DNA of 64,000 bases from an uncultured Lachnospiraceae bacterium (GTDB taxonomy: Bacteria > Bacillota > Clostridia > Lachnospirales > Lachnospiraceae), in assembly GCA_964449325.1 (NCBI GenBank), contig CAYUYJ010000013.1:9006-73005 (forward strand). The letters are read 5' to 3'. The number at the start of each line of letters is the position of its first letter. The first letter of the stretch is position 1. Positions 1-11,108 of the stretch are shown piece after piece. The notes beneath the pieces were generated by a model that saw nothing but the letters and a program-made list of their open reading frames with translations, ran no database searches and was not told the DNA's origin. Made by a program: the position numbers and the translations under genes.

Positions 1-33
1 TCCAAACATTACTCCAAACATACACATTCTCCT

Positions 34-966
34 TTATGACTCTAACAAGCTGCCTGTTTCTATATGATATCCAAGTAAAAAGTCCTTTACTGCCATTCGT
101 TTCTTGCCCTCTAACTGTACACTCGTTAAGGCAAGCTGTCCGTCTCCGGTATTGACTATAATTTCTGTCTTTGTTACCTCTGCAACCGTTCCCGGTTCTC
201 CGCAGACTTTTCTGTCCAATACCTCTGCTTCCCATATCTTTAATGTTTTTCCGTTCCGGAAAGTATAAGCACTGGGCCAGGAATTTAAGCCCCGGATAAG
301 CCGCTCGATTTCTGCCGCACTCTTCGTCCAGTCAATATGTCCAAGTTCTTTACTCAGTTTTCCTGCATGGGTGCTTAAGGAATCATCCTGCTTTTCCGGT
401 TTTACCGTACCGGCTTCTATTTGAGATAATACCTCCACAATCATTTTGCCACCTAAGACACTTAATTTTTCATACAGGCTTTCTCCCGTTTCCTTGGCGG
501 AAAGCTCTATGGATTCTTTTAGCAGTATATCCCCGGTATCCACTCCCACATCCATCTGCTGAATGGTTACGCCGGACTCCTTTTCTCCGTCAATAACTGC
601 CCACTGTATAGGCGCAGCACCACGATATTTTGGAAGAAGCGAAGCATGAATATTGATACATCCGTATTTCGGCATATCCAGTATTTCCTTGGACAGAATC
701 TGTCCGAATGCTGCCACTACAAAAATATCCGCACCAAAATCTCTAAGTGTCTCTACTGCTTCCTCTGTTTTTACCTTCACCGGCTGAAAAACCGGAAGAT
801 TATATTTGACTGCACACTGCTTAACAGGCGGAAACTGCATTTCCTTTCCTCTGCCCTTTGGCTTGTCAGGCTGCGTTACCACACCTACCACTTCATGTTC
901 CGACTGTACCAGCGCTTCCAGCGCATTCACCGCAAAATCCGGTGTACCCATAAACAAAACCTTCAT
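34..966 (-). CDS. fmt: methionyl-tRNA formyltransferase
   Basis: 310-aa ORF with MKVLFMGTPDFA N-terminus and HASLLPKYRGAAPIQ formyltransferase motif. It lies 3 nt downstream of def, the conserved def-fmt pair. Confidence 0.95.
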   Translation of the reverse strand: MKVLFMGTPDFAVNALEALVQSEHEVVGVVTQPDKPKGRGKEMQFPPVKQCAVKYNLPVFQPVKVKTEEAVETLRDFGADIFVVAAFGQILSKEILDMPKYGCINIHASLLPKYRGAAPIQWAVIDGEKESGVTIQQMDVGVDTGDILLKESIELSAKETGESLYEKLSVLGGKMIVEVLSQIEAGTVKPEKQDDSLSTHAGKLSKELGHIDWTKSAAEIERLIRGLNSWPSAYTFRNGKTLKIWEAEVLDRKVCGEPGTVAEVTKTEIIVNTGDGQLALTSVQLEGKKRMAVKDFLLGYHIETGSLLES

Positions 967-969
967 ATA

Positions 970-1473
970 CTACTCTTCCTCATCTACTTCTTCCGTATCC
1001 GTTACGTCCAGAAGCTTTCCTTCTACTTTTTCTACATAAAGATGTCCATCCAGATGGTCCAGCTCATGACAGATTGCTCTTGCCAGAAGTTCCGTACCCT
1101 CCAGCTCGTATTCTTCCATATTTTCATTGAGTGCCACTGCTTTTACATAATTGGGTCTTGTCACAACACCGCTTTTTCCCGGCACGGAAAGACATCCTTC
1201 CTGTCCGGTCTGTTCCCCATCGGATTCAATGATTCTGGGATTGATTAAGACAAACGGGTCCTCTCCGGTTACATCAATGACCACAATTCTTTTCAAAATT
1301 CCGACCTGAGGTGCTGCCAGACCTACGCCGTTTGCCTCATACATCGTATCTAACATATCCTCGATAAGTTCTTTGATTCTTGGTGTCATTTCCTTTACTT
1401 CTTTACAGGTTTTCGTCAAAACCTCATCACCGATTTCACGAATATTTCTGATTGCCATCTCGTTTTCCTCCAA
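970..1473 (-). CDS. def: peptide deformylase
   Basis: 167-aa ORF carrying all three deformylase motifs: [13 protein letters not shown] and HELDH. Confidence 0.95.
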   Translation of the reverse strand: MEENEMAIRNIREIGDEVLTKTCKEVKEMTPRIKELIEDMLDTMYEANGVGLAAPQVGILKRIVVIDVTGEDPFVLINPRIIESDGEQTGQEGCLSVPGKSGVVTRPNYVKAVALNENMEEYELEGTELLARAICHELDHLDGHLYVEKVEGKLLDVTDTEEVDEEE

Positions 1474-1512
1474 CTGTTTTTCTTTTCCTGTATTTTCTAT
1501 ACTAATTCTATA

Positions 1513-3759
1513 CTAAAAAGTATTTATCGGGTCAAAATCAAACTGTACCGTTTCTGTTTTCAGCTGCTGCCTTTGTATTTCCTCCTCAAGCATATCCTTT
1601 ACCTGTATCAGATATTGGTATTCCCTGCATTTTAAATAAAATACAAAACGATATATATCATTGATTTTGCCGATTCCCGCTTTTGCCGGTCCGATTACCG
1701 ACATCTGCCGGTTCGTTCCCTGTTCCTTTGCTTCTTTTTTCACTTTCTCAGCAAGATAAACGGAAAGCTGTTCCCCCCGTTTTTCTTCCTTTGCCATAAT
1801 CTGTACCGCCACCATATGTGCGGCAGGGGGATAGGAAAGCAAATCCCGATAGGTCATTTCCGCTTCATAAAAGGCTTCATAATCCTGCGAGGCGGCATGA
1901 ACCACGCTGTAATGCTCCGGCTGATACGTCTGAATGACTACCTCTCCGGGATTTTCTCCTCGTCCAGCCCGTCCTGCAGCCTGTGTCAGAAGCTGAAAAG
2001 TACGTTCCCCCGCACGATAATCGTTTGCTGACAAAGAAAGGTCTGCTGCCAGAATCCCCACTAATGTCACATTAGGGAAATCATGCCCCTTCACAATCAT
2101 CTGGGTACCGACCAGAATATCCGCCTCCCCATTGGCAAAGGCAGACAAAATCTGCTCATAGCTTTCTTTTTTCCGGGTCGTATCGGCATCCATACGAAGC
2201 ACTCTTGCTTCCGGAAATTCCTTCCGCACCTGCTCTTCCACCTGTTCAGTTCCTGCCTTAAAGCCTAAAATATAAGGAGAACCGCAGGAAGGACACTTTT
2301 TCACCGCGGACTGTTCATAACCGCAATAATGACAAACCAGTTTTCCTCCCCGATGCTCGGAAAGAGAGACATCACAATGGGGACATTTCATCACCAGCCC
2401 GCAGGAACGGCAGGAAACAAAGCCGGCATAGCCCCTCCGGTTTAAAAACAGCATGGTCTGCTGCTTCTTTTGCAGCCGTTCGTCCAGCAATTCCTTTAAT
2501 TTTACACTAAAAACAGAACGGTTTCCACTCTTTAATTCTTCCCGTAAATCCACCGTATAAACCTCGGGAAGCTTTCCGCCCGTAAGCCGTTCCTTCAGGG
2601 TAAACAGTTTGTACTCTCCGCACTTTGCCCGGTAATATGCCTCCATGGACGGAGTTGCCGAGCCTAATACCACGCTTGCCCCATGCATCCTCGCGATTTC
2701 TATTGCTGTTTCCCTTGCATGGTATTTCGGCATGGTTTCACTTTTATAGCTGCTTTCGTGCTCTTCGTCAATAATAATCAATCCAATTTCAGGGAAAGGG
2801 GTAAACAAGGCCGAGCGGGGCCCGATAATCACATCGATTTCCCTTTTTTTGGCACGTTCAAACTGGTCGTACTTTTCTCCGTTTGAAAGTGTGGAGTTCA
2901 TCACCGATACCCGATCTCCAAAGCGCCTGTAAAACCGCATCAGTGTCTGATAAGTAAGGGCAATTTCGGGAATCAGTACAATGGAAGCCTTTTTCTTCTG
3001 TATCATACCTTCTATCAAGCCCATGTACACTTCTGTTTTTCCGCTTCCGGTAATACCATGAAGCAGATAAGTTCCCGGATTTCCCACCGAATAATCGGAA
3101 AGCACCGTGTCTACAATTTCCTGCTGTTTCTCACTCAATATCTTCCTGTCTTCCTGTGCGTTGGATGCTTTCACCGGATTACGATAAACACTTTGCCTGC
3201 TTACTTCTATTATGCCCTGACTTTCCAGACTTTTCACTGTGGAAGAGGATATATTCAGTTTTCCCGTTACCAGTTCATAGGGCAGTTCTTCTTCCGTAAT
3301 CAGTTCCTTTAAAAGCCTCTCCTTCGCCTTTTGATGCTTCCGTACCGCTTCCGCCCAAAACTCGTAAACTTCTTCCTCGCTCACCAATCGCTTTATTGTT
3401 TTCTTTTCCAGCTTCCGTATCTCTTTTTTTACCGGCAGCACGGTTTTCAGTGCCTGAATCATAGTGGAACCATAGGTGGTTTTCATCCACCATGCAAGCC
3501 GTATGGCATTTGTCTCTGCGCTGACAGTCCCTTCTGCCACACGGCTGATTTCCTTTAATCTTGTCACGTCAAATTCCGCTTTGTCCGTTACTTCAATCAC
3601 ATATCCCTTTAAAGGTTTATTGCCCGTTCCGAAGGGCACCTCTACACAGGTTCCGACTTCGATTTTTCCGCGAAGTCTGTCAGGTATTTTATATTGAAAC
3701 GGTCGGTCAACCTTTTCATGGGAAATATCCACAATAATATTGGCAAAGTTACCTTCCAA
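1513..3759 (-). CDS. priA: primosomal replication-restart helicase PriA
   Basis: 748-aa ORF with Walker A GITGSGKT, a DEEH box, and paired Cys clusters (CRSCG..CPHCD, CHYCG..CPSCG) typical of the PriA zinc-binding insert. Confidence 0.93.
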   Translation of the reverse strand: MEGNFANIIVDISHEKVDRPFQYKIPDRLRGKIEVGTCVEVPFGTGNKPLKGYVIEVTDKAEFDVTRLKEISRVAEGTVSAETNAIRLAWWMKTTYGSTMIQALKTVLPVKKEIRKLEKKTIKRLVSEEEVYEFWAEAVRKHQKAKERLLKELITEEELPYELVTGKLNISSSTVKSLESQGIIEVSRQSVYRNPVKASNAQEDRKILSEKQQEIVDTVLSDYSVGNPGTYLLHGITGSGKTEVYMGLIEGMIQKKKASIVLIPEIALTYQTLMRFYRRFGDRVSVMNSTLSNGEKYDQFERAKKREIDVIIGPRSALFTPFPEIGLIIIDEEHESSYKSETMPKYHARETAIEIARMHGASVVLGSATPSMEAYYRAKCGEYKLFTLKERLTGGKLPEVYTVDLREELKSGNRSVFSVKLKELLDERLQKKQQTMLFLNRRGYAGFVSCRSCGLVMKCPHCDVSLSEHRGGKLVCHYCGYEQSAVKKCPSCGSPYILGFKAGTEQVEEQVRKEFPEARVLRMDADTTRKKESYEQILSAFANGEADILVGTQMIVKGHDFPNVTLVGILAADLSLSANDYRAGERTFQLLTQAAGRAGRGENPGEVVIQTYQPEHYSVVHAASQDYEAFYEAEMTYRDLLSYPPAAHMVAVQIMAKEEKRGEQLSVYLAEKVKKEAKEQGTNRQMSVIGPAKAGIGKINDIYRFVFYLKCREYQYLIQVKDMLEEEIQRQQLKTETVQFDFDPINTF

Positions 3760-5230
3760 TGTCTGCTCTTCCTCTTTCCTCTAAAATATCCCGGATCAAA
3801 TCTCTCTCATCCATCGGATATTTCACGCCTTTGATTTCCTGATAGTCCTCATGCCCTTTGCCGGCAAGTACAATAATGTCTCCCGGTTCTCCAATGTCAA
3901 TGGCATAGGCAATGGCTTCTTTTCTGTCACAGATTTCCACATATTTTCCATCTGTTTTTCCGATTCCCTCTTTAATATCGTCAATAATTGCCTGCGGCTC
4001 CTCGAATCTCGGATTATCGGACGTAATAATGGTCAAATCCGCCAGCCTTCCGCTGACCTCGCCCATTTCATAACGGCGAAGCTTAGAGCGGTTTCCCCCA
4101 CAGCCAAAAAGACAAATCAGCCGATGAGGTTTATATTCCTTCAGGGTGGAAAGCAGACTTTCCAGACTCATGGCATTGTGAGCGTAATCAATCATCAGTG
4201 TAAAGTCATCGGATACTTTCACCATCTCAATCCGCCCCTTCACTCTGGCTGCTAAAAGCGCTGCTTTCATTCTTTCCTCATCCACGTTAAAATGTCTGCA
4301 CACTGCAATTGCCGCCAATGCATTATACACGCTGAAACGTCCCGGTGTTGCCACCTCGACAAAAGAATCCATGAGCCCCTTTACATGGAAGCTGACACCG
4401 ATATGACCGCCTTTTGTTACCAGTTCCAGATTTTCGGCACGCAAATCCGCCTTTTTAGAGAACCCGAAGGTCTCCAGCTTACAGGTATGCCCCTCCACCA
4501 CGCTTTCGCAATGAACGTCATCCACATTCACAATCCCTGTTTTGCACTGCTTAAACAGAAGTCCCTTGCACATACGGTATTCTTCAAAGCTTTCATGCTC
4601 ATTAGGGCCGATATGATCCGGCTCTAAATTGGTAAAAATTCCGATGTCAAATACGAAGCCCTGGGTTCTGTGAAGCTTCAGACCCTGAGAAGAAACCTCC
4701 ATGACTACCGCATCCATGCCGGCATCCGCCATCTCTTTAAAATACTTTTGAAGCAAAAAGGACTCCGGTGTTGTATTTTCCGCATGAATATGCTTCTCGC
4801 CGATAATTACCTCAATGGTACCGATTAGTCCTACTTTTAAACCCGCCTGCTCCAGAATCGATTTAATCAGATAAGTCGTGGTGGTCTTTCCTTTTGTTCC
4901 GGTAATACCGATAACCTTCAGTTTTTCCGCCGGATTTCCAAAGTATGCGGCAGAAATAAACGCCATGGCATAACGGGTGTTATCAACTTCAATAACCGTC
5001 GTGTTTTTCCCTGCTTCTACAGGTTTGGATACTACAAGCGCTACAGCACCCTTTTCTGCCGCTTCCTTAGCAAATTCGTGTCCGTCAAAGTTTGCTCCTT
5101 CAATGCAGATAAAAAGACAGCCCTTTGTAATTTTACGGGAGTCGTATACGACTTCCGTGATTTCTACATCTGTAGTTCCCTGCACACAGGTATAAGAGAG
5201 CTTTTGTAACAGTTCATTTAGTTTTGGCAT
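3749..5230 (-). CDS. murE: UDP-N-acetylmuramoyl-L-alanyl-D-glutamate--2,6-diaminopimelate ligase
   Basis: 493-aa ORF with Mur-ligase P-loop GITGTKGKTTT and a DNPR motif (TSDNPRFEEP), which marks meso-DAP-adding MurE enzymes. Its 3' end overlaps the priA start by 11 nt. Confidence 0.9.
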   Translation of the reverse strand: MPKLNELLQKLSYTCVQGTTDVEITEVVYDSRKITKGCLFICIEGANFDGHEFAKEAAEKGAVALVVSKPVEAGKNTTVIEVDNTRYAMAFISAAYFGNPAEKLKVIGITGTKGKTTTTYLIKSILEQAGLKVGLIGTIEVIIGEKHIHAENTTPESFLLQKYFKEMADAGMDAVVMEVSSQGLKLHRTQGFVFDIGIFTNLEPDHIGPNEHESFEEYRMCKGLLFKQCKTGIVNVDDVHCESVVEGHTCKLETFGFSKKADLRAENLELVTKGGHIGVSFHVKGLMDSFVEVATPGRFSVYNALAAIAVCRHFNVDEERMKAALLAARVKGRIEMVKVSDDFTLMIDYAHNAMSLESLLSTLKEYKPHRLICLFGCGGNRSKLRRYEMGEVSGRLADLTIITSDNPRFEEPQAIIDDIKEGIGKTDGKYVEICDRKEAIAYAIDIGEPGDIIVLAGKGHEDYQEIKGVKYPMDERDLIRDILEERGRADIGR

Positions 5231-5526
5231 GCAATTTCGCTCCTTTTCGGTAGTTTAGAGGATTATTTCAAATTCATTATATACATATTATTCCATCTAA
5301 ATAAGATAACATAATAGGGTGTTTTTTTCAATACCGGCAGCCTGCACCACGCCTTAGGAATGCTGAATATTATCGTCCTTTGTCGTGTTTGAAGCCGATT
5401 TTATAAATACTTAATAAACCCGTTTTTTCTTTATAAATTCATTACATTTTGAACACATTTTGAACACATTTTCCACTTATAGTATTTATTAGATAGTTGA
5501 TGAACTCACTATCTCCCCCCTCATAA

Positions 5527-5569
5527 GAAATGAAAACCCCCGGTTTCCCGCCGGGGGTTTTCGTTTTCC
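5527..5569 (-). terminator. intrinsic terminator downstream of recJ (possibly bidirectional)
   Basis: GC-rich stem CCCCCGG/CCGGGGG (5537-5557) flanked by T-runs on both strands. It begins about 30 nt after the recJ stop. Confidence 0.7.
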
Positions 5570-5589
5570 AAACCTTTTCTTCCGCACGC

Positions 5590-7311
5590 TTATTTGTAGT
5601 TCTGCATTACTATCTGTATGCTCCTTTTCCCCATATATTCATGAAAAGAAGGATAATACGTAATAAAAATACTCTCTCTTTGTCTATAATATGCCCCAAA
5701 GGTCTCCACATCTCCGAAATACATCATTTCATACACCTTTCCGAAGCTGTCCCGTATTTTGTATTTCCCTACATTATGGTTTTTCCCGAGAAGCTGCTCT
5801 GCCAAAACTACGATTCCTTTTTGTGCAAACACAGGCTTACTGTTTCCTACACCAAAAGGCTCCAGTTTTTCCAGTTCCGTCACAAATTCCGTTGTTACCT
5901 GCGATAAGGGAAGCGCAATATCAATATGTACCTTCTCTTCAAAATCCTCCTCGTTCAGTGTACACGCTTCATTTAATGCCTTCCGAAAGGCTTCCACATT
6001 CTCTTCCCTTAGTGAAAGCCCCGCCGCCATCTTGTGACCACCGAACTTCGTATACAGTTCCTTGCATACACACATCTCTTCATACATATTGTAGCTTTCG
6101 ACAGACCGGCCGGAGCCTTTTACCTCTTCTTCCCCTCTGGTCAGTACAAAGGTTGGCTTTCCGTATTTTTCCCGCACCCTTCCGGCAATAATTCCGGCAA
6201 GGCTTTCATGGCACTCCGGCAAAAACAGCACCAATACCCTATCCTGCTTTATGGAAGTGGTCTCCACCTGAGAAATTGCCTGTTCCAATCCTTCTGCAGT
6301 CAAATCTTTTCTGGCATCATTTAACTCTTTTAAATCTACTGCCGCCTGTATTGCCTTATCATAATCCTTTTCCTGAAGAAGTTCCAATGCCCTCACTGCC
6401 GTATCCAATCTCCCCGTCGCATTCAGACAAGGCCCCAGAATAAAGCCGATATGATAAGGAGAGAGCTTTTTTCCTTCCAGACCGGTTGCCCGAAGCAGGG
6501 CACGAAGCCCTACATTCGTTGTGTTCTCCATAAGCTCTAACCCTTTTTTTACCAAAATCCGGTTCTCATCCTTTAACTCCATCACATCACCTACCGTTGC
6601 AAACGCTGCAAACTGCAACAGCTCCTCCATCAGCTCCTGATGGGCATTTTCCTTACCTGAAGCCCGAAGCAGTGCTTCTACCAGCTTATAGGCAACCACT
6701 GCCCCGCAAATCCCGTCAAAGGGGTAGGGGCAATCCTCCTGTTTCGGGTCTATCACCGCTGCCGCCGGGGGTAACGTATAAACTTTTTTCCCCTCCTCTT
6801 CCGTAAAGGGCACCTCATGATGGTCGGTCACAATGGTGGTAATCCCCAATGTATTCCCATAGGCAATCTGCCCTGCTGCCGCAATGCCGTTATCGCAGGT
6901 TACAATGGTCTGTACACCCGCATCACAGGCTTCCTCAATCAAGGTCTCGTTCAATCCGTAACCATCCTTGATGCGATGGGGAATTGCAGTGTCCACATTT
7001 CCGCCGAGAGCCCGGATACCGCTTGATAAAATATAGGCTGCACAAATTCCATCTATATCATAATCACCGATAACCCGTATTTTTTCTTTCGTTTCCATAC
7101 GGGGCAGTAAAAGCTCCACCGCCTTTTTCATATCCTTCATAAGAAAAGGGTCATAGAGTGCATGCAAATCTCCGGATAAATATTTTTGTATGTCCCCTTC
7201 TTCTACTATGTCTCTGTTTCGTATCAGCCTTGCCAAAATCGGACTGATACCGAATTTTTTTGCAATCCCTTCAAAATCCGCCCGCTTCGCGGTAATAAAC
7301 CACTGTGCCAT
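5590..7311 (-). CDS. recJ: single-stranded-DNA-specific exonuclease RecJ
   Basis: 573-aa ORF with DHH-family motifs (GDYDIDG, VTDHH) and DHHA1-like GGHKMAAG. Confidence 0.9.
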   Translation of the reverse strand: MAQWFITAKRADFEGIAKKFGISPILARLIRNRDIVEEGDIQKYLSGDLHALYDPFLMKDMKKAVELLLPRMETKEKIRVIGDYDIDGICAAYILSSGIRALGGNVDTAIPHRIKDGYGLNETLIEEACDAGVQTIVTCDNGIAAAGQIAYGNTLGITTIVTDHHEVPFTEEEGKKVYTLPPAAAVIDPKQEDCPYPFDGICGAVVAYKLVEALLRASGKENAHQELMEELLQFAAFATVGDVMELKDENRILVKKGLELMENTTNVGLRALLRATGLEGKKLSPYHIGFILGPCLNATGRLDTAVRALELLQEKDYDKAIQAAVDLKELNDARKDLTAEGLEQAISQVETTSIKQDRVLVLFLPECHESLAGIIAGRVREKYGKPTFVLTRGEEEVKGSGRSVESYNMYEEMCVCKELYTKFGGHKMAAGLSLREENVEAFRKALNEACTLNEEDFEEKVHIDIALPLSQVTTEFVTELEKLEPFGVGNSKPVFAQKGIVVLAEQLLGKNHNVGKYKIRDSFGKVYEMMYFGDVETFGAYYRQRESIFITYYPSFHEYMGKRSIQIVMQNYK

Positions 7312-7384
7312 CTTTTCTCCACTTTCTAAAAAGAAAGCTGCCGCATTCTTTACGACAGCTTTTCTTCTTTCTTGATTTTCTAAT

Positions 7385-9661
7385 TTATTTTGCTTCTTTT
7401 TTCTTGCCTAACTTCGTGCGGAGCACATACCACAAGGCACCGGTGATGCATACGGAGGAATAAGTACCGCACACAATACCAACCATCAGAGGCAGTGCAA
7501 ATTCACGAATGGAGCTTACGCCCATTACAAAGAGCACGGCTACCATAACAAAGGTAGTCAGGGAAGTAAATACGCTTCTTGAAAGTGTCTGTGTAATACT
7601 TCTGTTTACCACTTCCACCAAATCATCCTTCTTACCCATAAGTGCCATATTTTCACGAATACGGTCAAAAATAACAATCGTTGCATTGACAGAGTAACCT
7701 ACAATTGTAAGCATACATGCAATAAAGGTACTTCCTACGGAAATTCTTGCTGCCGCATAGAAGGTCAGCACTACCAGCACATCATGAATCAAAGCAATAA
7801 CACTGCTGGCACCGAAACGTACGTCTTTAAAGCGGAACCAGATATAAATCAGCATAAATACTGCCGCAACGATAACTGCAAGCAAAGATTCCATGCGCAT
7901 TTCCGAAGAAATGGTTGAACTGATGCTTTCGGTTGTAATGGAAGCTGCATCCACACCGAAGTTTTCCGTCATAACGGTTTCCAGTTCTTCACGCTCTTCC
8001 ATATTTAACGCTCTGGTTTTGAAGATAACCTCGTTAGTTCCTTCTACCTTCTGTGTCTGTACGTTTCCGTCTCCGGTAATATCTTCAATCATCGGAACAA
8101 CATTGGCATCAATATCGGCAAGTGCCATATCTTCATTAAAGGTAACGTTTGTAGAGGTACCGCCTTTAAATTCCAGACTGAAATTCAACGCATCGTTTCC
8201 GGCAGCTTTCTGTCCTGCCATAATTCCGAAGCCTGCCAAAACAATGACACCGGAAAGAATAAAGAATACCGCTTTTTTAGAAAGGAAATTAACGGTTTTC
8301 CGCTCCTTTGTCACACCGTAGAGCTTCTCACTCTTACATCCTAAATGATAGAACGCATTTAGCAACAGTCTTGTAACTACGAGAGACGTAAACAGGGAAA
8401 GCACAATACCCAGTGCTAATGTATACGCAAAGCCCTTAATTGAACCGGAGCCGATGATAGCAAGAACCGCTGCAGCGATTAACGTGGTAATATTTCCGTC
8501 AATAATGGCAGACAGCGCTTTTTCAAAACCAATTTTCATTGCACTGCTTACGGTTTTGCCGGTTGCCAGTTCTTCACGGATTCTTGCGAAAATAATCACG
8601 TTTGCATCCACCGCCATACCGATGGAAAGAATGATACCTGCCACACCCGGAAGGGTCAATGTAATATCAAAACCATACAATAAAACAACAATCAAAGCTA
8701 CATATAATAACAAAGCAAGCGATGCTGCAAGTCCCGGAAGGAAATAAATTGCTATCATTAAGAGAATCACGATTACAAGGCCAATGGCACCTGCCTTTAA
8801 GCTTGTCTCAATAGCTTCCGAGCCAAGCTGTGCACCAACCACCTTGGAATGCAGCTCTTCCAGTTCCAGCTTCAAACCGCCGATACGAATCGTGGAAGCA
8901 AGCTTCTCTGCCTCCTCAAAGGAACCCATACCGGAAATTTCTGCCGTACCACCGTTAATCACGCTGTTTACCTGCGGTGCACTGACAATCTTACCATCAT
9001 AATAAATAGCAATCGATTCTCCGGCATTGTAAGCAGCCTCCGTTGCCTGCGCAAACTTCACACTTCCTTCGTCCGTCAGTTCCAACTGTACCACATAATC
9101 CGTTCTCTCCATCTTATCTACTCTGGAGCCTGCCTGTGCTTCTGCCACATCCGTACCGGTCAGCACAATAGAACTGTCTGCTTCAATTTCCTCAATCGGT
9201 TTATTCAATACATAAACAATTTTCATTTCCCCGGTTGTTTCATCCGTACCGTAGGACTGAACATAATTCTGATTTCCCTCATCGTCAGTCTGTTTAATAA
9301 AGTAAAGGGAACCCGGCTTTCCAAGTTCTTCCAGAATCGCATTGGCATCCGATACACCCGGAATTTCAATATTGATTCTGTCTGTACCTTCCTGATAAAC
9401 CTGTGCTTCCGTACTGTAAGTAAATACACGCTGTTGCAGCTTGTAAATCGTATCCGCCATATCCTTGCTGTCCGGTTCTTCTTCACCGACTACCTGATAT
9501 GTAATACTTACACCGCCTGCCAAATCCAGTCCCAAAGAAATACTGGACGCAGAACCCGCTTTTTCTTCACCGAAGCCTGCAATTGCCGTATAGGAACAAA
9601 GTCCAAGCAAAAGTGCAAAAACAAGCAGAACGATGACGCTTTTTGTTTTCTTGTTTTTCAT
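7385..9661 (-). CDS. secDF: protein translocase subunit SecDF (fused)
   Basis: 758-aa ORF. It has an N-terminal TM, a large extracytoplasmic loop and six TMs (SecD-like), then a second loop plus six-TM block (SecF-like). Its position next to recJ is typical for Firmicutes. Confidence 0.9.
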   Translation of the reverse strand: MKNKKTKSVIVLLVFALLLGLCSYTAIAGFGEEKAGSASSISLGLDLAGGVSITYQVVGEEEPDSKDMADTIYKLQQRVFTYSTEAQVYQEGTDRINIEIPGVSDANAILEELGKPGSLYFIKQTDDEGNQNYVQSYGTDETTGEMKIVYVLNKPIEEIEADSSIVLTGTDVAEAQAGSRVDKMERTDYVVQLELTDEGSVKFAQATEAAYNAGESIAIYYDGKIVSAPQVNSVINGGTAEISGMGSFEEAEKLASTIRIGGLKLELEELHSKVVGAQLGSEAIETSLKAGAIGLVIVILLMIAIYFLPGLAASLALLLYVALIVVLLYGFDITLTLPGVAGIILSIGMAVDANVIIFARIREELATGKTVSSAMKIGFEKALSAIIDGNITTLIAAAVLAIIGSGSIKGFAYTLALGIVLSLFTSLVVTRLLLNAFYHLGCKSEKLYGVTKERKTVNFLSKKAVFFILSGVIVLAGFGIMAGQKAAGNDALNFSLEFKGGTSTNVTFNEDMALADIDANVVPMIEDITGDGNVQTQKVEGTNEVIFKTRALNMEEREELETVMTENFGVDAASITTESISSTISSEMRMESLLAVIVAAVFMLIYIWFRFKDVRFGASSVIALIHDVLVVLTFYAAARISVGSTFIACMLTIVGYSVNATIVIFDRIRENMALMGKKDDLVEVVNRSITQTLSRSVFTSLTTFVMVAVLFVMGVSSIREFALPLMVGIVCGTYSSVCITGALWYVLRTKLGKKKEAK

Positions 9662-9682
9662 GATTTTCCTCCAAATTTCGCT

Positions 9683-11104
9683 CTATTCTGCAAGAGCCGC
9701 TTTTATCATAATTGCACATTCCACACGTTTTTTCTGCAGTTCACAGCCTACTTCGTAAACATCATTTATCTTCCCTGTAAAGTTATAGGAATTTGCCGCA
9801 CAACCGCCACTGCAATAAAACTTGGCAAAGCAATTTTTACATTTTTCCTTGGCATAGACATTGCAGCTTTTAAACTCATTGCAAATGTCCTGTTTCACAA
9901 TGCCTTCATCCACATTTCCCAATAAAAATTCTTCCTGTCCCACAAACTGATGGCAGGGATAGAAGTCACCCCAAGGGGTTACAGCAAGGTATTCCGTCCC
10001 TGAGCCACAACCCGAAAGTCGTTTTGCCACACAGGGGCCGCCCTCCAAATCAATCATAAAATGGAAGAAATTGAAACCGTTTCCTTCTTTGCGGCGTTTA
10101 ATGATTTCCTTCGCCAGCTTGTCATATTCTTCCATCAGTTTCGGAATATCTTCTTTCCTAAATGCATAATCCTCTTCCGGTTTTGCCACAACCGGCTCTA
10201 CCGAAATCTGCTTAAAGCCCAAATCCGCCAGATGAAGTACATCCTCTGAGAAGTCCAAATTGTGGTGGGTAAATGTACCGCGCACATAATAATTCATCTG
10301 GTCACGGCTCTCTGCCACTTTCTGAAACTTCGGCACAATCATATCATAGCTGCCCTGCCCGCCACGGAACGGACGCATTTTATCGTGAACTTCCTTTCTT
10401 CCGTCTATACTCAAAACGATATTGCTCATTTCTTTATTGGCGAATTCCAGAATTTCATCATCCAGTAAAACACCGTTTGTAGTCAGCGTAAAACGGAATT
10501 TCTTATGATGAGGCTCCTCCAAAGATCTGCCGTAAGCTACCAGATCCTTTACCACCTGCCAGTTCATAAGCGGTTCGCCTCCGAAGAAATCCACTTCCAG
10601 ATTCACCCGGTTTCCGGAGTTGGCAACCAGAAAATCCAGCGCCTTTTTCCCCACCTCGAAACTCATAAGAGCTCTTCTTCCGTGGTACTCTCCTTCCTCT
10701 GCAAAGCAATAACGGCAGGCGAGATTACAGTCATGCGCTATATGCAGACACAGTGCCTTTACCACCGTTTCCCGGTTTTTAAAGTCAAAAACATAATTTT
10801 CATAAATATCCGAGGTAAAAAGTTGTCCTCTTTTTTCCAGTTCCATAACCTCTTCCACAGCCTCTTCAATTTCTTCCTGTGAAAAAGGAAGTTCGGTACA
10901 ACCTAAAACCGCCATTTTAATTGTATCCAGATCCTTGATGCCTTCCATCACTAACGGCTCGACAAGCGGAATCATGTCATAAACAATGTCATCCACTACA
11001 TGAACGGAACCACTGTTTACGTCCATAACGATATTGTACCCGTTATTTTTATACTGATGTATCACAATACTTATTCCTTTCAGTTTCTTTTTCCTTATTA
11101 CCAT
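9683..11104 (-). CDS. scfB: SCIFF peptide maturase (radical SAM/SPASM thioether-forming enzyme)
   Basis: 473-aa ORF with radical-SAM CNLACRYC (CxxxCxxC) and a Cys-rich SPASM C-terminus (CxxCxxxxxCxGGC). It lies directly downstream of a SCIFF precursor. The true start may be the GTG at 11065 (VIHQYKNNGYNIV), which follows an AAAGGA SD. Confidence 0.9.
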   Translation of the reverse strand: MVIRKKKLKGISIVIHQYKNNGYNIVMDVNSGSVHVVDDIVYDMIPLVEPLVMEGIKDLDTIKMAVLGCTELPFSQEEIEEAVEEVMELEKRGQLFTSDIYENYVFDFKNRETVVKALCLHIAHDCNLACRYCFAEEGEYHGRRALMSFEVGKKALDFLVANSGNRVNLEVDFFGGEPLMNWQVVKDLVAYGRSLEEPHHKKFRFTLTTNGVLLDDEILEFANKEMSNIVLSIDGRKEVHDKMRPFRGGQGSYDMIVPKFQKVAESRDQMNYYVRGTFTHHNLDFSEDVLHLADLGFKQISVEPVVAKPEEDYAFRKEDIPKLMEEYDKLAKEIIKRRKEGNGFNFFHFMIDLEGGPCVAKRLSGCGSGTEYLAVTPWGDFYPCHQFVGQEEFLLGNVDEGIVKQDICNEFKSCNVYAKEKCKNCFAKFYCSGGCAANSYNFTGKINDVYEVGCELQKKRVECAIMIKAALAE

Positions 11105-11108
11105 AAAT

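Noticed and set aside
646-1248. 200-aa plus-strand ORF (and 806-1039) antisense to fmt/def.
   Set aside because: It lies entirely inside two well-supported minus-strand genes. It has a low-complexity, Cys/Phe/Leu-rich composition and no SD. This is a typical shadow ORF.
5445-5472. Tandem CATTTTGAACA duplication in the murE upstream region.
   Set aside because: It is two and a half copies of an 11-mer in an AT-rich spacer. No associated structure or ORF is present, and it cannot be distinguished from simple slippage.
8849-9925. 358-aa plus-strand ORF spanning the secDF 5' half and the SCIFF maturase 3' end.
   Set aside because: It is antisense to two strongly supported genes and crosses their intergenic gap. 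Its composition is not protein-like (rich in F, C, R, N). It is an artefact of strand-asymmetric codon usage.
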